Of a stretch of DNA of 64,000 nt, positions 39,461 through 51,369 are shown piece by piece. Position 1 is the stretch's first letter, and every line of letters begins with the position of its first letter. The DNA is from Squalus acanthias (taxonomy: Eukaryota). The stretch covers positions 86,926,001 through 86,990,000 of the forward strand of contig CM059432.1 of the NCBI GenBank assembly GCA_030390025.1. The letters run 5' to 3'. The position numbers and the translations under genes are program-made. The notes below the pieces were generated by a model. The model was not told the DNA's origin. It worked only from the letters and a program-made list of their open reading frames with translations, and ran no database searches.

Positions 39461-41079
39461 CCTAAGTTAGATCCACAAATCTAAAATGACATATTGCACT
39501 GGGACCTATGTAATAGTCTGCCAGATCTGGTGTTAACTACTTAAAACATTTTGGTGAATATGTTTTTGTTCTGAATATTGTCAAAGAATTTGACAAAGCA
39601 AGACACTCCACACTTCAAAATAAGTTACCATCATTGCCTCCCCTACACTGCAATTCATGGCTTATCCTCTGGCTTTTTCCATTAGCTCAAGGATCCCCAC
39701 TCTGTTACTAATGATCTTCTCCACTCATCATCCAACCCTATTCACTCCTCATTTGCTTCTGATTCCAGTCTACAATCAACTTCCTTCAGATTGCCCATCC
39801 TCAGTTCATACAATTATTTCACTGCAATGATTGAATCGATATATCCAAGTCTCTTTCATGCCATGAGGGGCCTATTAAAAGCTTTAATGGTTAAGCTTTT
39901 TTGTGTTTTGCAAATCTTACCAACAGCTACCACCTTTGATGACTCCACCCTTGATCCTTCTGCACTAATGAATATTCTTAGCCTAACTGTCTCCTATCTG
40001 AATAGCCACTCACTCATGCAAACCCATATGCCGCAAAACCCCAAAACTATGCGTCACCAAGACCACCTATTCCCACATCTAAAAATTACTTGCCTCCATC
40101 CCTACCTGACCAGCACTGCCATACTTTCATCAGCTCCTAACTCAACCCCTTCAATTATCTCATTTATAGTTTATAGGACCTTGCTGTGCACAAATTGGTT
40201 GCCCCATCTGCTAATATAAGTGCCTGCATTTCAGAAAAGTAATTCACTGTCTGTTACATTATATATAATGCAAGTACATATGGGGCAAATTTGTTTTTTC
40301 ACACAGATAAACATACCAAACATTATGGTTCTGAGCCATGCAGAACAGGTTGGTCATCAGTTTAATCTCAGCTGGGATAGAAATGGGCCCATTTGTGGAA
40401 TAATGCTCGAGATTCTGATTTCTAATTGCAATTCAGTGACTCTAGCTGCATAGCTGGATGAAAGGCGAGGACAGGACCAAGTTTAGCTGTGATTTTCTTC
40501 CCAATATGGTCAAATGAACAATGGCCCCTTGAATAGGGTATTAGAGAGCTAGTGATCTACAACCTAGCATGAGTCACCATTTTCACCGAGGGGAGAAAAC
40601 GAACAAAAACCTCTTAATTGCTGAAACATACTTTGTTCCACTGTGTCAATGCTTTATCAGTTTACACAGAATCCATGTACAAAGAATCCTGATCCCACAT
40701 ATGTACAGAAAAATTCCAAACACTTAATATTTAGGTCAGGTTACAATTACTGCTAACACAACATTCAAAAAACTAGGCGAACTTTCTACTCTTTTTCAAA
40801 TAGTAGCATCAGATTTTCCACAGCCACCCGAATGAGAGATAGAACATCTCATCGAAGAGGGGGCAATGCTGCACTTCCACGACACTACAATGAAGTGCCG
40901 TCTTAGATTCGATGCCCTAGTCCTGGAGTGGGAATTGAGCCCAATATATCTTCGAACAGGTGAGCGTGCCATAGAGTTGAACTGGTATATAAAGTTGCAG
41001 TGTACGTGCGGAGATAAGACATTCACACACTCTGGTACATTTCAGAAAATAAAACCCCTCAACACGGATGAACGTGGAG

Positions 41080-41680
41080 CAGCGCCAGCCTCCCCGAGTA
41101 AAGGCCAGTGACTGGCAGCGCGTCACGGTGATTGAACAGGTTTTACCCTCACCGACAGGGCACGAAAGGCCCAGACCCCCTGAAACCGCCCCCCGCCAAA
41201 GACGAAAGACAGAAAGCTCAGTGATCACCTGCAAGTCGGTTATTAGAGGCCGGGGCCGCGGGCCCCGCTTCAGCTACCACTCGTTCACAGGACGGGCTCC
41301 GGCACTAATACAGGGGCGAGGCGGCGCTCGGGGCCTGTGCCGCTTTACCGAGAGCCGCGCTGCTGCCTCCAGACCCCCGGCCCGCACAGCGCCGAGCAGC
41401 CCCTCCACCCGCGCCCGCACTGGTCGAGTCGAGAGAAGGGCGAACATTTACCAAGAAAGGCGAACATTTACCAAGAAAGGGCGCCGACCCACGGCCTCCT
41501 CGTCCTCAGGATCCGTCCAGAGCTCTGACCTGGAAACACACACACCACTTCCGTCCGCCCGCCCTCACACAAAGAACAACACCAAGGGGCTCGCTCGGCA
41601 CTCCGTGTCACCGCTTTCTTTCTGTTGTTTGTAGAAATTGAGCCCTCGCCCCGGAAGGTGTCTGTGGGGCGGGAACATAA
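41080..41680 (-). promoter_or_regulatory. ELOC: CpG island; probable ELOC promoter and non-coding first exon
   Basis: CpG-rich non-repeat stretch upstream of the ELOC coding exons. ETS-type CGGAAGTG at 41546-41553 (minus), GC box, and several minus-strand donor-like sites (CAG|gtcaga near 41529, TTG|gtaaat near 41451/41471, G|gtgagg near 41152). The exact exon is not determinable. Confidence 0.7.
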
Positions 41681-42214
41681 TATGTCAATCACAGTGGAAG
41701 CAGGAGGGTGTTCCAGAGTGGGCAATGCAGCACCTGGGCAGGCTGGACTCAGTGAGGACTTGTTACTGGAGGGGCTAATATTGGGCAGGGTGCTTTCATG
41801 GTTTAAGCAAGCGGAACTGGGGGTGGGTGATAGGAAAAGACCATTTGGTCCATACAGCCTGTCCCATACAGACGCGGGGCACCTACATGCACCAACGATT
41901 GAATGAACAAACGATGCTAGTAGGACTGGCGTAAAACGGGTAGTAGTATATTTGTAGCATTTAATTGAATTATGATGGTGCTATGTGATTTGTACACTGA
42001 GGTGTTAAACTGTTTTCTTTTATGTGGAGTTTACCTTGAGATTTACTGTTTTAAATCTACAAAGTTTGTGTGAGATTATTTAAGGGTATTTGTACTGTAA
42101 ACTTTGTTGATTTATTTGTAAAATTTTATTAATGTATTTATATTGTTAATCGTAAAGCTGTTCTTAAGGCTTTATTGTTTATTGTGATCAATGAATGTAA
42201 TGGTTTACTACAGT

Positions 42215-43324
42215 GAGAAGTCACACAACACCAGGTTATAGTCCAACAGCTTTATTTGAAATCACAAGCTTTCGGAGCGCTGCTCTTTCGTCAGGTGAAG
42301 TGAAGAAATACATATGGGCACAGCATATATAGCCAGAGAACAATGCCAGACGACTACAGTTAATCTTTCTAACTGCCCTTTATCACACCTCGGCAGAGAG
42401 ACAATCACGGCAATCAAAGGTATGGATGGTGTCCAACCAGGTCAGTCAGGAAGACAATACATCAAAGACGATAGCAAAACACAACAAAGACAATGAGGTG
42501 GGGTCACATGTGGCAGATGCTGGAGTCTGTATGGAAAACAAAAAATGTTTTTACTTTTTTTGCTGGAAATCACAGCAGGTCCGGCCGTATCTGTGTAGAG
42601 AGAACAAGCCAGCGACGACTCGAGTCTGGATGACTCTACGTCAGGTGGGGTTACATGTAGCGTGACATGAACCCAAGATCCCGGTTGAGGCCGTCCTCAT
42701 GGGTGCGGAACTTGGCTATCAGGTTCTGCTCGATGATTTTGCGTTGTGTGTCTCGAAGGCCTTCGAATCATCGAGCAGAAACTGATAGCCAAGTTCCGCA
42801 CCCATGAGGACGGCCTCAACCGGGATCTTGGGTTCATGTCACGCTACATGTAACCCCACCTGACGTAGAGTCATCCAGACTCGAGTCGTCGCTGGCTTGT
42901 TCTCTCTACACAGATGCGGCCGGACCTGCTGTGATTTCCAGCAAAAAAAGTAAAAAAAATTTTTGTTTTTCATACAGACTCCAGCATCTGCCACATTTGA
43001 CCCCTTGTGACCCCACCTCATTGTCTTTGTTGTATTTTGCTATCGTCTTTGATGTAATGTCTTCCTGACTGACCTGGTTGGACACCATCCACACCTTTGA
43101 TTGCCGTGATTGTCTCTCTGCCGAGGTGTGATAAAGGGCAGTTAGAAAGATTAACTGTAGTCGTCTGGCATTGTTCTCTGGCTATATATGCTGTGCCCAT
43201 ATGTATTTCTTCACTTCACCTGACGAAGGAGCAGCGCTCCGAAAGCTTGTGATTTCAAATAAAGCTGTTGGACTATAACCTGGTGTTGTGCGACTTCTTA
43301 CTTTTGTCCACCCCAGTCCGCATC
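42215..43324. mobile_element. Large palindromic Penelope-like element
   Basis: About 525-bp inverted arms; the centre encodes a GIY-YIG C-terminus (KIIEQNLIAKFRTHEDGLNRDLGFMS). Flanking direct repeat atggtttacta (42200-42210, 43325-43335). Confidence 0.9.
43217..43251 (+). ncRNA. Minimal type I hammerhead ribozyme motif (other copies: 6295-6329 -, 16900-16936 -, 17179-17215 +, 42263-42297 -)
   Basis: CAC-CTGACGA-aGGAGC-agc-GCTCC-GAAA-GC-TT-GTG: conserved core, stem II, stem I CAC/GTG, and a palindromic AAGCTT in place of stem III. Confidence 0.78.
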
Positions 43325-43468
43325 ATGGTTTACTATGTGATTGATGAGCTGTGTAAGTACTATTGTACTTGAATAAAAGATTTACATGCACCAACAAACC
43401 CACCCCACACACTTTTGATCTTCCATCCGAGGCGATAAACCTCGGGCCAATTTGGAAAATACTCATGA

Positions 43469-44626
43469 GGCCCAAAATTCCATGGAGATATGCGCAATTG
43501 TAATGGTGCATCAATGTCGCAGCGCCCGATTGCCGGGACAAAAGTTCCTGGAAATTTTGGTGTAGGTAACAAACCATTACTTACGCCACTCCATAATTTC
43601 CTGAGAGTTTTGCACAGCTCCACCATTTCCCTCGCCAAAACAGTTGAACAGCTAAGTATCATACTACAACCCATTAAAATCAATGGAGAGATTGAGTTTG
43701 CTGAATTAAAACCACTGAGATTGCCACTGCCACTTAGATCGTTGCAGAATAGCACTGGTCAGGTGAGTGTACAGGAATCACAGCAGGAACGCATTTAAAA
43801 GAGGCAACATCAGCCCAGAAATTGCTGGAGTGGCGCATCTTGTGATGAGCGCTGTGAATTGGATTGTTGTTCCCTGACCCTTGAAGTCGTATTATTTTTG
43901 TGGCACAAATTGCTGGAAATGCCAATTGATAATGGTACAGTGACATCAACAAGGCAGCTGGCACCTCTTGAACGTCGGCTCCAATGGTATATCTTCTTAA
44001 CCAATGAACTTTCAGGATACAAAAAGAAACAGGGAACGACGGAGAAGGAAATAAGGTGAAGTAAAGTCAAATTAGTTACCGAAAGAGAAATTAAAGATAG
44101 GGAAAGAAAAATTGGATTAAAAGAGAGAGAGAGAAAAAGAGACAGAAAGGAAAAGTAATTAAAATAATTACAAATTTAAAAAACTTCTAGGAACAATTTT
44201 CTGACCTGCAGAAGTGAGACGCCACAGTTTAAATTGTTCCCTTCCTGGGCCGCCAAGGTTTAATGTCAGGGCCATAAATCACATCATTAACAGGGTCCTT
44301 ATGGCATGAAATACCAGCCCTAAATGTCTGTGGTGAGATTCATTCATATTTACTCATGGGGAGGTTAACGATGAGCTCCCGTTTTTGCGAAGCAGCAATT
44401 TGTGGCGATTCGCAACTCATGGCATTTCTCTTCCTTGCCACAAATTGCAGGGTTTATTATGCATTGGTGGCGGGCAACGTGAACTCGCCATTATTTTCCC
44501 AGCAATTTCTGGGCCATTATTTTTCCAGCAAATTGTGGTGTAAGTTCGCCAATGGAGATTGGGAAGCACAACGGTCTAACTTAAGGCGTTCATTGCCAAT
44601 ATCACCATTGCAGTGAATTCCGGGCC
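43469..44626. mobile_element. Nested Harbinger-type MITEs (inner 43812-44515 within outer 43469-44626)
   Basis: Inner TIRs agcccagaaattgctgg / ccagcaatttctgggcc with TSD ATC/ATT. Outer TIRs ggcccaaaattc / gaattccgggcc are weaker and lack a clear TSD. Confidence 0.55.
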
Positions 44627-44716
44627 AAACTTCTTCTCTGGCTCCTGAAGGAAATAGCAAGACCCCGGAAACATATGAAACATACAAAAAGTATTGGAAA
44701 ACTGGAAAATTTGAGT

Positions 44717-45137
44717 TTGTCAGCTAGTGGCTCAGTTGGTAGCACCCTTGCCTCTGAGTCAGAAGGTTGTGGGTTCAAGTCCCACTCCAGAGCCTTCAGC
44801 ACAAAAATCTAGGCTGTTGGAGGTGCCGTCTTTCAGATGAGACGTTAAACCGAGGCCCCGTCTGCTCTCTCAGGTGGTCGTAAAAGATCCCATGGCACTA
44901 TTTCAAAGAAGAGCAGTGGAGTTATCCCCGGTGTACTGGCCAATATTTATCCCTCAACCAACATAACAAAAACAGATTATCTGGTCATATCACATTGCTG
45001 TTTGTAGGAGCTTGCTGAGCACAAATTGGCTGCCGCATTTCCTACATTACAACAGTGATTACACTTCAAAAGTACTTCATTGGCTGTAAAGCGCTTTGGG
45101 ACGTCCGGCGGTCGTGAAAGGCGCTATATAAATGCAA
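44717..45137 (+). mobile_element. DeuSINE copy
   Basis: A box tggctcagttgg, B box ggttcaagtcc, Deu-like core. Further decayed copies at about 31545-31830, 45933-46327 and 57030-57227. Confidence 0.82.
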
Positions 45138-45749
45138 ATGGCATGTTGGCCTTTATTGCAAGGGGATTGGAGTACAAGAGTAAGGAAGTCTTACTACAAT
45201 TGTACAGGGCTTTGGTGAGACCACACCTGGAGTACTGTGCACAGTTTTGATCTCCTTATCTGAGAAAGGACATACATGCCTTAGAGATGGTGCAACGAAG
45301 GTTCACTTGCTTGATTCCCTTGGATGAGAGGGTTGTCCTATGAGGAGAGATTGAGTAGATTGGGCCTATACTCTGGAGTTTAGAAGGATGAGAGGTGATC
45401 TCATTGAAACGTATAAGATTCTGAGGGGTAGATGCTGAGAGGTTGTTTCCCCTGGTTGCAGAGTCCAGAACTAGGGGGCATAGTCTTAGGATAAGGGGTT
45501 GGCCATTTAAGACTGAGATGAGGTGGAATTTCTTCACTCGTTGTGAATCTTTGGAATTGTCTACACGAAAGGGCTGTGGATGCTGAGTTGTTGAGTGTAT
45601 TCAAGACTAAAAATTCTAGGGAATCAAGGGATATGGGGATCAGGCGGGAGAGTGGAGTTGAGGTCGAAGATCAGCCATGATCTTATTGAATGATGGAGCA
45701 GGCTCGAAGGGCCGTATGGCCTACTCCTGCTCCTAGTTCTTATGTTCTT
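45134..45749 (+). mobile_element. CR1 3' fragment inserted into the tail of a DeuSINE
   Basis: CR1 C-terminal coding sequence and tail; the remainder of the SINE tail (aagtcttttgctttc) resumes at 45750. Confidence 0.88.
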
Positions 45750-47089
45750 AAGTCTTTTGCTTTCTTTTTTGATGAAAATTAATTGAAAATATTCACATCG
45801 TAGGGCCAGGAAACTATTTGAATTTTATTTTAAAAATCAGGCTATGTGACTGGCTTACATTGTCCAGAAACTGGAAGGAGGCAACTCTAATATATACAAG
45901 GAAACTAAATGAATCTCTTTAATTTAGGCAAAGGTGTCAGTTTGGTTCAGTGGTAGCATTTACACTTCTGAGTCAGAAGGTTCTGGGTTCAGGCTCCATG
46001 TCAAAGTTTGAGCACATAATATAGGCTGACACTTCAGTGCAGTACTGAGGAAATGCTGCATTGTAGGATGAGGTATTAAACCAAGACTCTATTTGCCTGC
46101 TTAGGTAGATGTAAAAGATCCCATAGCACTATTTGAAGAAAAGCATTGCGTTCACCTGTTAATCATAACTGATTAAGAGTGCTTTATCTCATTACAAGAT
46201 CCCACAAACTGCAAATGAGAGAATTGTGTTTTGCTACAAAACAAGTGACTGCACTTCAAAAATAATGTATGGCTGAGAGTGCTTTTGTATGTTCTGAATC
46301 ATGTTATATACACGTAAGTTCTTTCTTAAAACAGTCAGATAAGAGGAAGGCATCATAAATCTGTTTCAGTAAAATAGTTGTTTAATCTGAATAAATATCT
46401 CAAATATAAATTTACTAAGGGTGTTATCAAATTATTTATTATAAAAGGTTGTTTCTAATGCCATCGATCACACTTATGGTTTGTTACAGATGCAAAATAA
46501 TCTTTAAAGAAAAACAGATTTTTTCCCTTTTTTAATTACAGGTATGCAGTGTCAGTGTCAAGCACTCCCAGGTCAGGTGTAGCACAGATAGATGGAGAGT
46601 AAAGCACCCTTTATTATGCCAGAACAATGTGCCTCAGCTCCAACTCAGAATAGCACCCCGTAATGCGCCAGTGTGGTATTTTTTCAATTTCCCACACCAG
46701 TCATTCTCAGGTCTGTCTGTTGCCATTGCTAATTAGCACTGAATTAATGGCAGTTTTTGTGCTGTAAACCCATGTCCACTAGGAAGTGGATTGAAATTGC
46801 CAAACTCATTTCACATAGGACCTTTACAGCCAGCGGAGCAAACATTCATCCCATCAGTCTGGGTTGGATCTAAAACCAAATCTCAGAGGTGAAAAGCTAA
46901 TATCTAGCCCACTGCCTCACCCTTTCACCAACACGTATTCATGTAGTGTTCCTTATGTGCAGAAAGACATCTCAAAATACTTTACAATAAGGAGGAAGGG
47001 ATATGGCGGACAGAAAAGAGCAAGTCCCCAAGTAGCTTTCTGCCTCCACCCACTTCAAAAAATCATCGGGGGATGCAATGTACCATGGT

Positions 47090-48040
47090 TACAGTCATTT
47101 GTGACTTTGGCTAGGGCTGTTTTGGTGCTGTGGGAGGAACAGAAACTTGATTAACGGAATTCAAATGGAGATGCAGGAAAAATGATCTGGGAGCTAACAA
47201 CATGTTTTAGGATCTTGGAGAGGAAAGGGAAGTTGGGAGATGGGATGGTGGTTAGTGAAAACAGATAGCTTGAGAGTAGGTTTTTTTTTTAGAATGGGGA
47301 TGATGCTGCCGGTTTTGAAAGGGAGGGGGACAGTTCCTGAGGCACTAAAAGGAGGAGTTTGGTGGGAAAGGGGTTGAGGGAATAGGAGGCAGGAGTTGAG
47401 TTTAGGATGGGCAGTATAACTGCACAATTGATTATTTTTTCTTTTTTACTATTAAAAATTTAAGTGACATTTGAATTTTCAACAGACCAACCAAACCCAA
47501 CTTACCAAAAGCTACCCTCCATAGTCAGTCTGTTAGCAGACATGGGCAGGAAAATGGTTAAATGTATTTTCAAAAGTACAACAGAAGTTGAACACAGAAT
47601 CTCATGCTTTTACTTTCCTTACTGGAATGCAAGCTGGGCCTAAAGAAAAAGATAAGCACTTGCATGCTTATGGCGTCCAGTATGAAAAGGCCCATACTGT
47701 GTGTAACTCAATGAAGTGGCTCCAGTGACCTAGAATGAGGAATGATAAGATGCAATGGGAAAGTGAAGAGAATGCATTGAGATCTCACCCATGTCAATCA
47801 ACAGTACAACTTTTACCCATTTTGAGTATTATATACAACTTGTATTTATTCACAGGAGTGTTATAAAACAAAATTTGACACTGAGCCACAAAAGGAAAAA
47901 TTAAGGCTGATGCTTGGTCAAAGAAGTAGGTTTTAAGGAGCGTCTTAAAGGAGAAAAGAGAGGTAGAGAGGTTTGGGATGGGAATTCCAGAGCTTAGGGC
48001 CTAGGCAACAGAAGGTACAGCCACCAATGGTTGATCGATT
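47090..48040 (-). mobile_element. L2 fragments (about 47090-47410 and 47835-48040)
   Basis: GTVPLPFKTGSIIPILKK...NHHPIS; reverse complement of the L2 3' end. Confidence 0.7.
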
Positions 48041-48369
48041 AAATATACATATATACCTTGTAGTTTAGGGAGATAGTTTCATGCCTTATAAGACATTTAG
48101 ATTACTGATTTATGGGTCAGAAAGGTATAAAAAGGGCCGAATTGTGACGGGACAGTGGATTTAAACCTGGAAAGTTTGAGCTCAAGAGCTGTATACTCGA
48201 TAGACCTGTCTCCCCGAATCAGGTTCGTTTGATTTGTAAGTATTTTACATTATTTGGAGAATTAAACTTTGAATAAGTGAAATAAAAACAGAAAATGCTG
48301 GAAATACTCAGCGGGTCAAACAGCATGTTTGGGGAGAGAAACAGAGTTGTGGGTCAGGTCAAAGGGCGC

Positions 48370-48800
48370 TTGGAGTAAGCGGCTTTGTGATTGGTGGCTG
48401 CCAGCGGCCAATGGGCTGTCGGGGTGTTTGGCGGTACAGGCGGCTGCACCGAAAATGGCGGCAGTGGGCCTAATCCTGACCCTCCGGGGCCGCTCCCTTA
48501 CCCTGAGCAGAGTGGGGATGGCGGCTGTGTGTACAGCTGCCCGGTCTCTCTGCACCTTCAGTGGCTACACAAACCGCTACACCTACCGGCTCCTGGACAC
48601 GCAGCGGCCGGACAGCGCGGGAGGGCCCCGGGTTACCGGCAGCACCAGAAGCGCACAGGTAGAGTAAGGGTAGGGGGACCCGGCCCGGGAGAGACGGTGA
48701 GGAAGGAGCTGGTCAGTGGCTTGTAAAGGGGCCTGGGCGTAGCTTAGGTATCTGAGGAAGGTCGCCCGCAAACAGTAATCGGCAGCGTCTCCGAGCACAG
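48370..48800 (+). promoter_or_regulatory. TMEM70: CpG-rich TMEM70 promoter/exon 1 region
   Basis: CpG-rich; ATTGG near 48390 and CCAAT near 48408; YY1-like AAAATGGCGG overlapping the ATG. Confidence 0.6.
48455..48658 (+). CDS. TMEM70: TMEM70 exon 1 (MAAVGLILTLRGRSLTLSRVGMAAVCTAARSL...; Arg/Ser/Ala-rich mitochondrial-presequence-like)
   Basis: AAAATGGCG Kozak context in a CpG-rich region; donor CAG|gtagag, phase 0, 204 nt; in frame with exon 2. Confidence 0.82.
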
Positions 48801-49009
48801 GGCAGGATGTGAGGGGGAACCGATGAGCAAATTGATCTTTGGAAAGTTTTTAAAGGTAGGAAAGTGAGAAAGTGGCATTGAGAAATTCCCACGGGTAGGA
48901 GCACGGTGGTTCCAAGATTGGTTGCTGATGAGGGAACAGGGATAAAGAAATGTTCCATCGTCAGAGGAGTAGAGGGTTAGACTGTGGCTTACTCTTTTGG
49001 TGATGCTGT

Positions 49010-49465
49010 AAACAAATAAACTGTAACTTAAAACATTAAAGGAAACAAATTGAAATTTGGTTGCCGGTGTTGTTAATGCACTCCAGTCCCTGCGGTGCCC
49101 ACCGGTCGCGGAAGGCCTCAAGCGTGTCGGCGGACACTGCGTGCTTCATCTCCAGGGCCACCCGGGCGCGAACGTGGCCGTGGAAGAGAGGCAGGCAGTC
49201 AGACCGAACGACCCCCTTGACCGCCTGCTGCCTGGACCAGTTGATGGCCACTTTGGCCAGGCCCAGGAGCAGTCCTATGAGGAGGTCTCCTCCGCACCGG
49301 GTGACCAAAGATCAGGAGCGTGGGACTGAAGTACAGCCAAAAATCGAGGAGCAGCCCCTTCAAATAGTGGAAGAGGGGCTGCAACCTCTCACACTCTGTG
49401 TATACATGGAACATGGACTCCTCCAGGCCGCAGAAAAGGCAGGCGGCCTGGGAGTAGACTGTGGT
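49010..49465 (-). mobile_element. Tx1/L1-clade LINE 3' fragment
   Basis: CLFCGLEESMFHVYTEC (CCHC knuckle) ...LLLGLAKVAINWSR...FRDRW. Confidence 0.8.
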
Positions 49466-50039
49466 GAAAGACTGGAAGGGATTTCCTAAATAAGGTTGAG
49501 CGAGGCTGTGAAGCGATTTTAAGGTGATGACCAGCATCTTGAAGTTAATTTGCTGGGACATGGGACTTATTGTGGATGTGGACTTGGCCACAGAGTTGAT
49601 TATAGAAGTTTTTAGCAAGTGGGCAAGTTTTTAGCCCATGAAGAGAATATTTGAGATTTAGTCCATGGTGGATGAAGCATAGAAAAGTTATAGCAGAGGA
49701 GAGGGTGAGGTAAGGGTGTAAAGTGAGAATTGTTCTGTATGTGGAAGAAGGTGGTCTTGTTGATTGGAAAGATGTTGGATTGAAGGCTTCGCTCAAGGTC
49801 AAACAATGCTAATTTTGCATATTGGTTTGGGCTGAGAAACTAGCCAAACATTAACCAGCTTTTTCTTCAAGACACATCTATTAATTTCCACTACAGTTGT
49901 ATTTTCTGTTTTTCTAGTTCATGGTATTTTGCTAGTTGGTTGTGAACTAAAAAAATGCTTTAGCACAGTTAGATTATTTTCCACTCAAATTTGGCTTGTT
50001 TCTGTAGAAAGAATTTTGAATAATGTAAAACTACATTGT

Positions 50040-50800
50040 AGTTAGAAAAACAGAATATTTTTTACATGGCGAGAAACTATTATGCTGGTGTTCAGAGGAA
50101 TTTGGGTGTTCTTATACACGAAACACAAAGTTAATATGCAGGTACAGCAAGCAATTAGGAAGGCAAATGGCATTTTGGCCTTTATTGCAAGGGGGTTAGA
50201 GTACAAGAGTAAGGAAGTGTTGCTACAATTGTACAGGGCTTTGGTGAGACTACACCTGGAGTACCGTGTAGTTTTGGTCTCCTTATCTGAGGAAGGATAT
50301 ACTTGCCTTGGAGGCGGTGCAACGAAGGTTCACTAGATTGATTCTTTGAATGAGAGGGTTGTCCTATGAGGAGAGATTGAACCTATACTCCCGAGTTTAG
50401 AAAAATGAGAGGTGATCTCATTGAAACATAAGATTCTTGGAAGGCTTGACAGGATAGATGCTGAGAGGCTGTTTCCCCTGGTTGGAGAGTCGAGAACTGA
50501 AGGGGGGGAGGGGGGGGCATAGTCTCAGGATAAGGGGAGGGGGGTGGGGCATAGTCTCAGGATAAGGGGCAGCCGTTTAGGACTGAGATGAGACAGTTCT
50601 TCACTCAGGGTTGTGAATCTTTGGAATTCTCTACCCCAGAGGGCTGTGGATGTTCAGTCGTTGAGTATATTCAAGGCTGAGATCGATAGATTTTTGGACT
50701 CATGGGGAATCGAGGGATATGGGGATCGGGCAGGAAAGTGGCTTTGAGGTCGAAGGGCCGTATGGCCTCCTCCTGCTCCTATTTCTTGTGTTCTTATGTT
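50040..50800 (+). mobile_element. CR1 3' fragment in TMEM70 intron 1
   Basis: QVQQAIRKANGILAFIARGLEYKSKEVLLQLYRALVR; CR1 tail. Confidence 0.88.
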
Positions 50801-51369
50801 AAGTTTTGTTGGTGGAAGCATGTGGAGCAGGTTGCCAGCAAGGTAATTCATTTGGGGGTCAATTAACACCTTTTAAAAGAGAGTTGGAATGATATCTGTT
50901 GTGATGAGGGATTGAGGGAAAAAGCACTGCTTGATTTTTTTTGTAGGTAGTGGCAAGCAGCTTGCATTCCGATCGTAATGGTTGGAAATTCATGATCGAA
51001 TAGTCATACAAGAACTCTAACTGGGGTGGACCTGATGGGCCAAATGGTATTTTGTTTCTGGACTTAACAGTCTGGAAATTCCTAGAGCAGTCCCTTTCTG
51101 CCTTTAGAACTTCTGCCTGACTAACGGATGTATCTGACTCCTTGAAGTCACTAAGTGACATGGTGTCAATGGCCAAGGATGTTTCAAAATTTGGAAACCT
51201 TAAACACTGACTGTCTGCTGTTGGGAAAGCAGCAAATTAAACAATCACTGATTAATAGCCATGCTACTAACATTTTACACAACTGTGGGCCCTGCTGTCC
51301 CCAGTATCTGATCCCGACGACCTATATATGCTTGCATGATGCTGGTGTCCTTAGCATTGGGCCTAGCCC

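Noticed and set aside
41068..41634. 188-aa plus-strand ORF
   Set aside because: Low-complexity Arg/Pro/Ala frame typical of a GC-rich promoter; no recognisable domain.
44717..45765. SINE-CR1 chimeric retrotranscript
   Set aside because: The SINE tail resumes after the CR1 tail at 45750, so this is a simple nested insertion.
48329..48454. Longer TMEM70 N-terminus from the ORF track
   Set aside because: Starts at TTG inside a Penelope remnant; ATG 48455 has the strong Kozak context.
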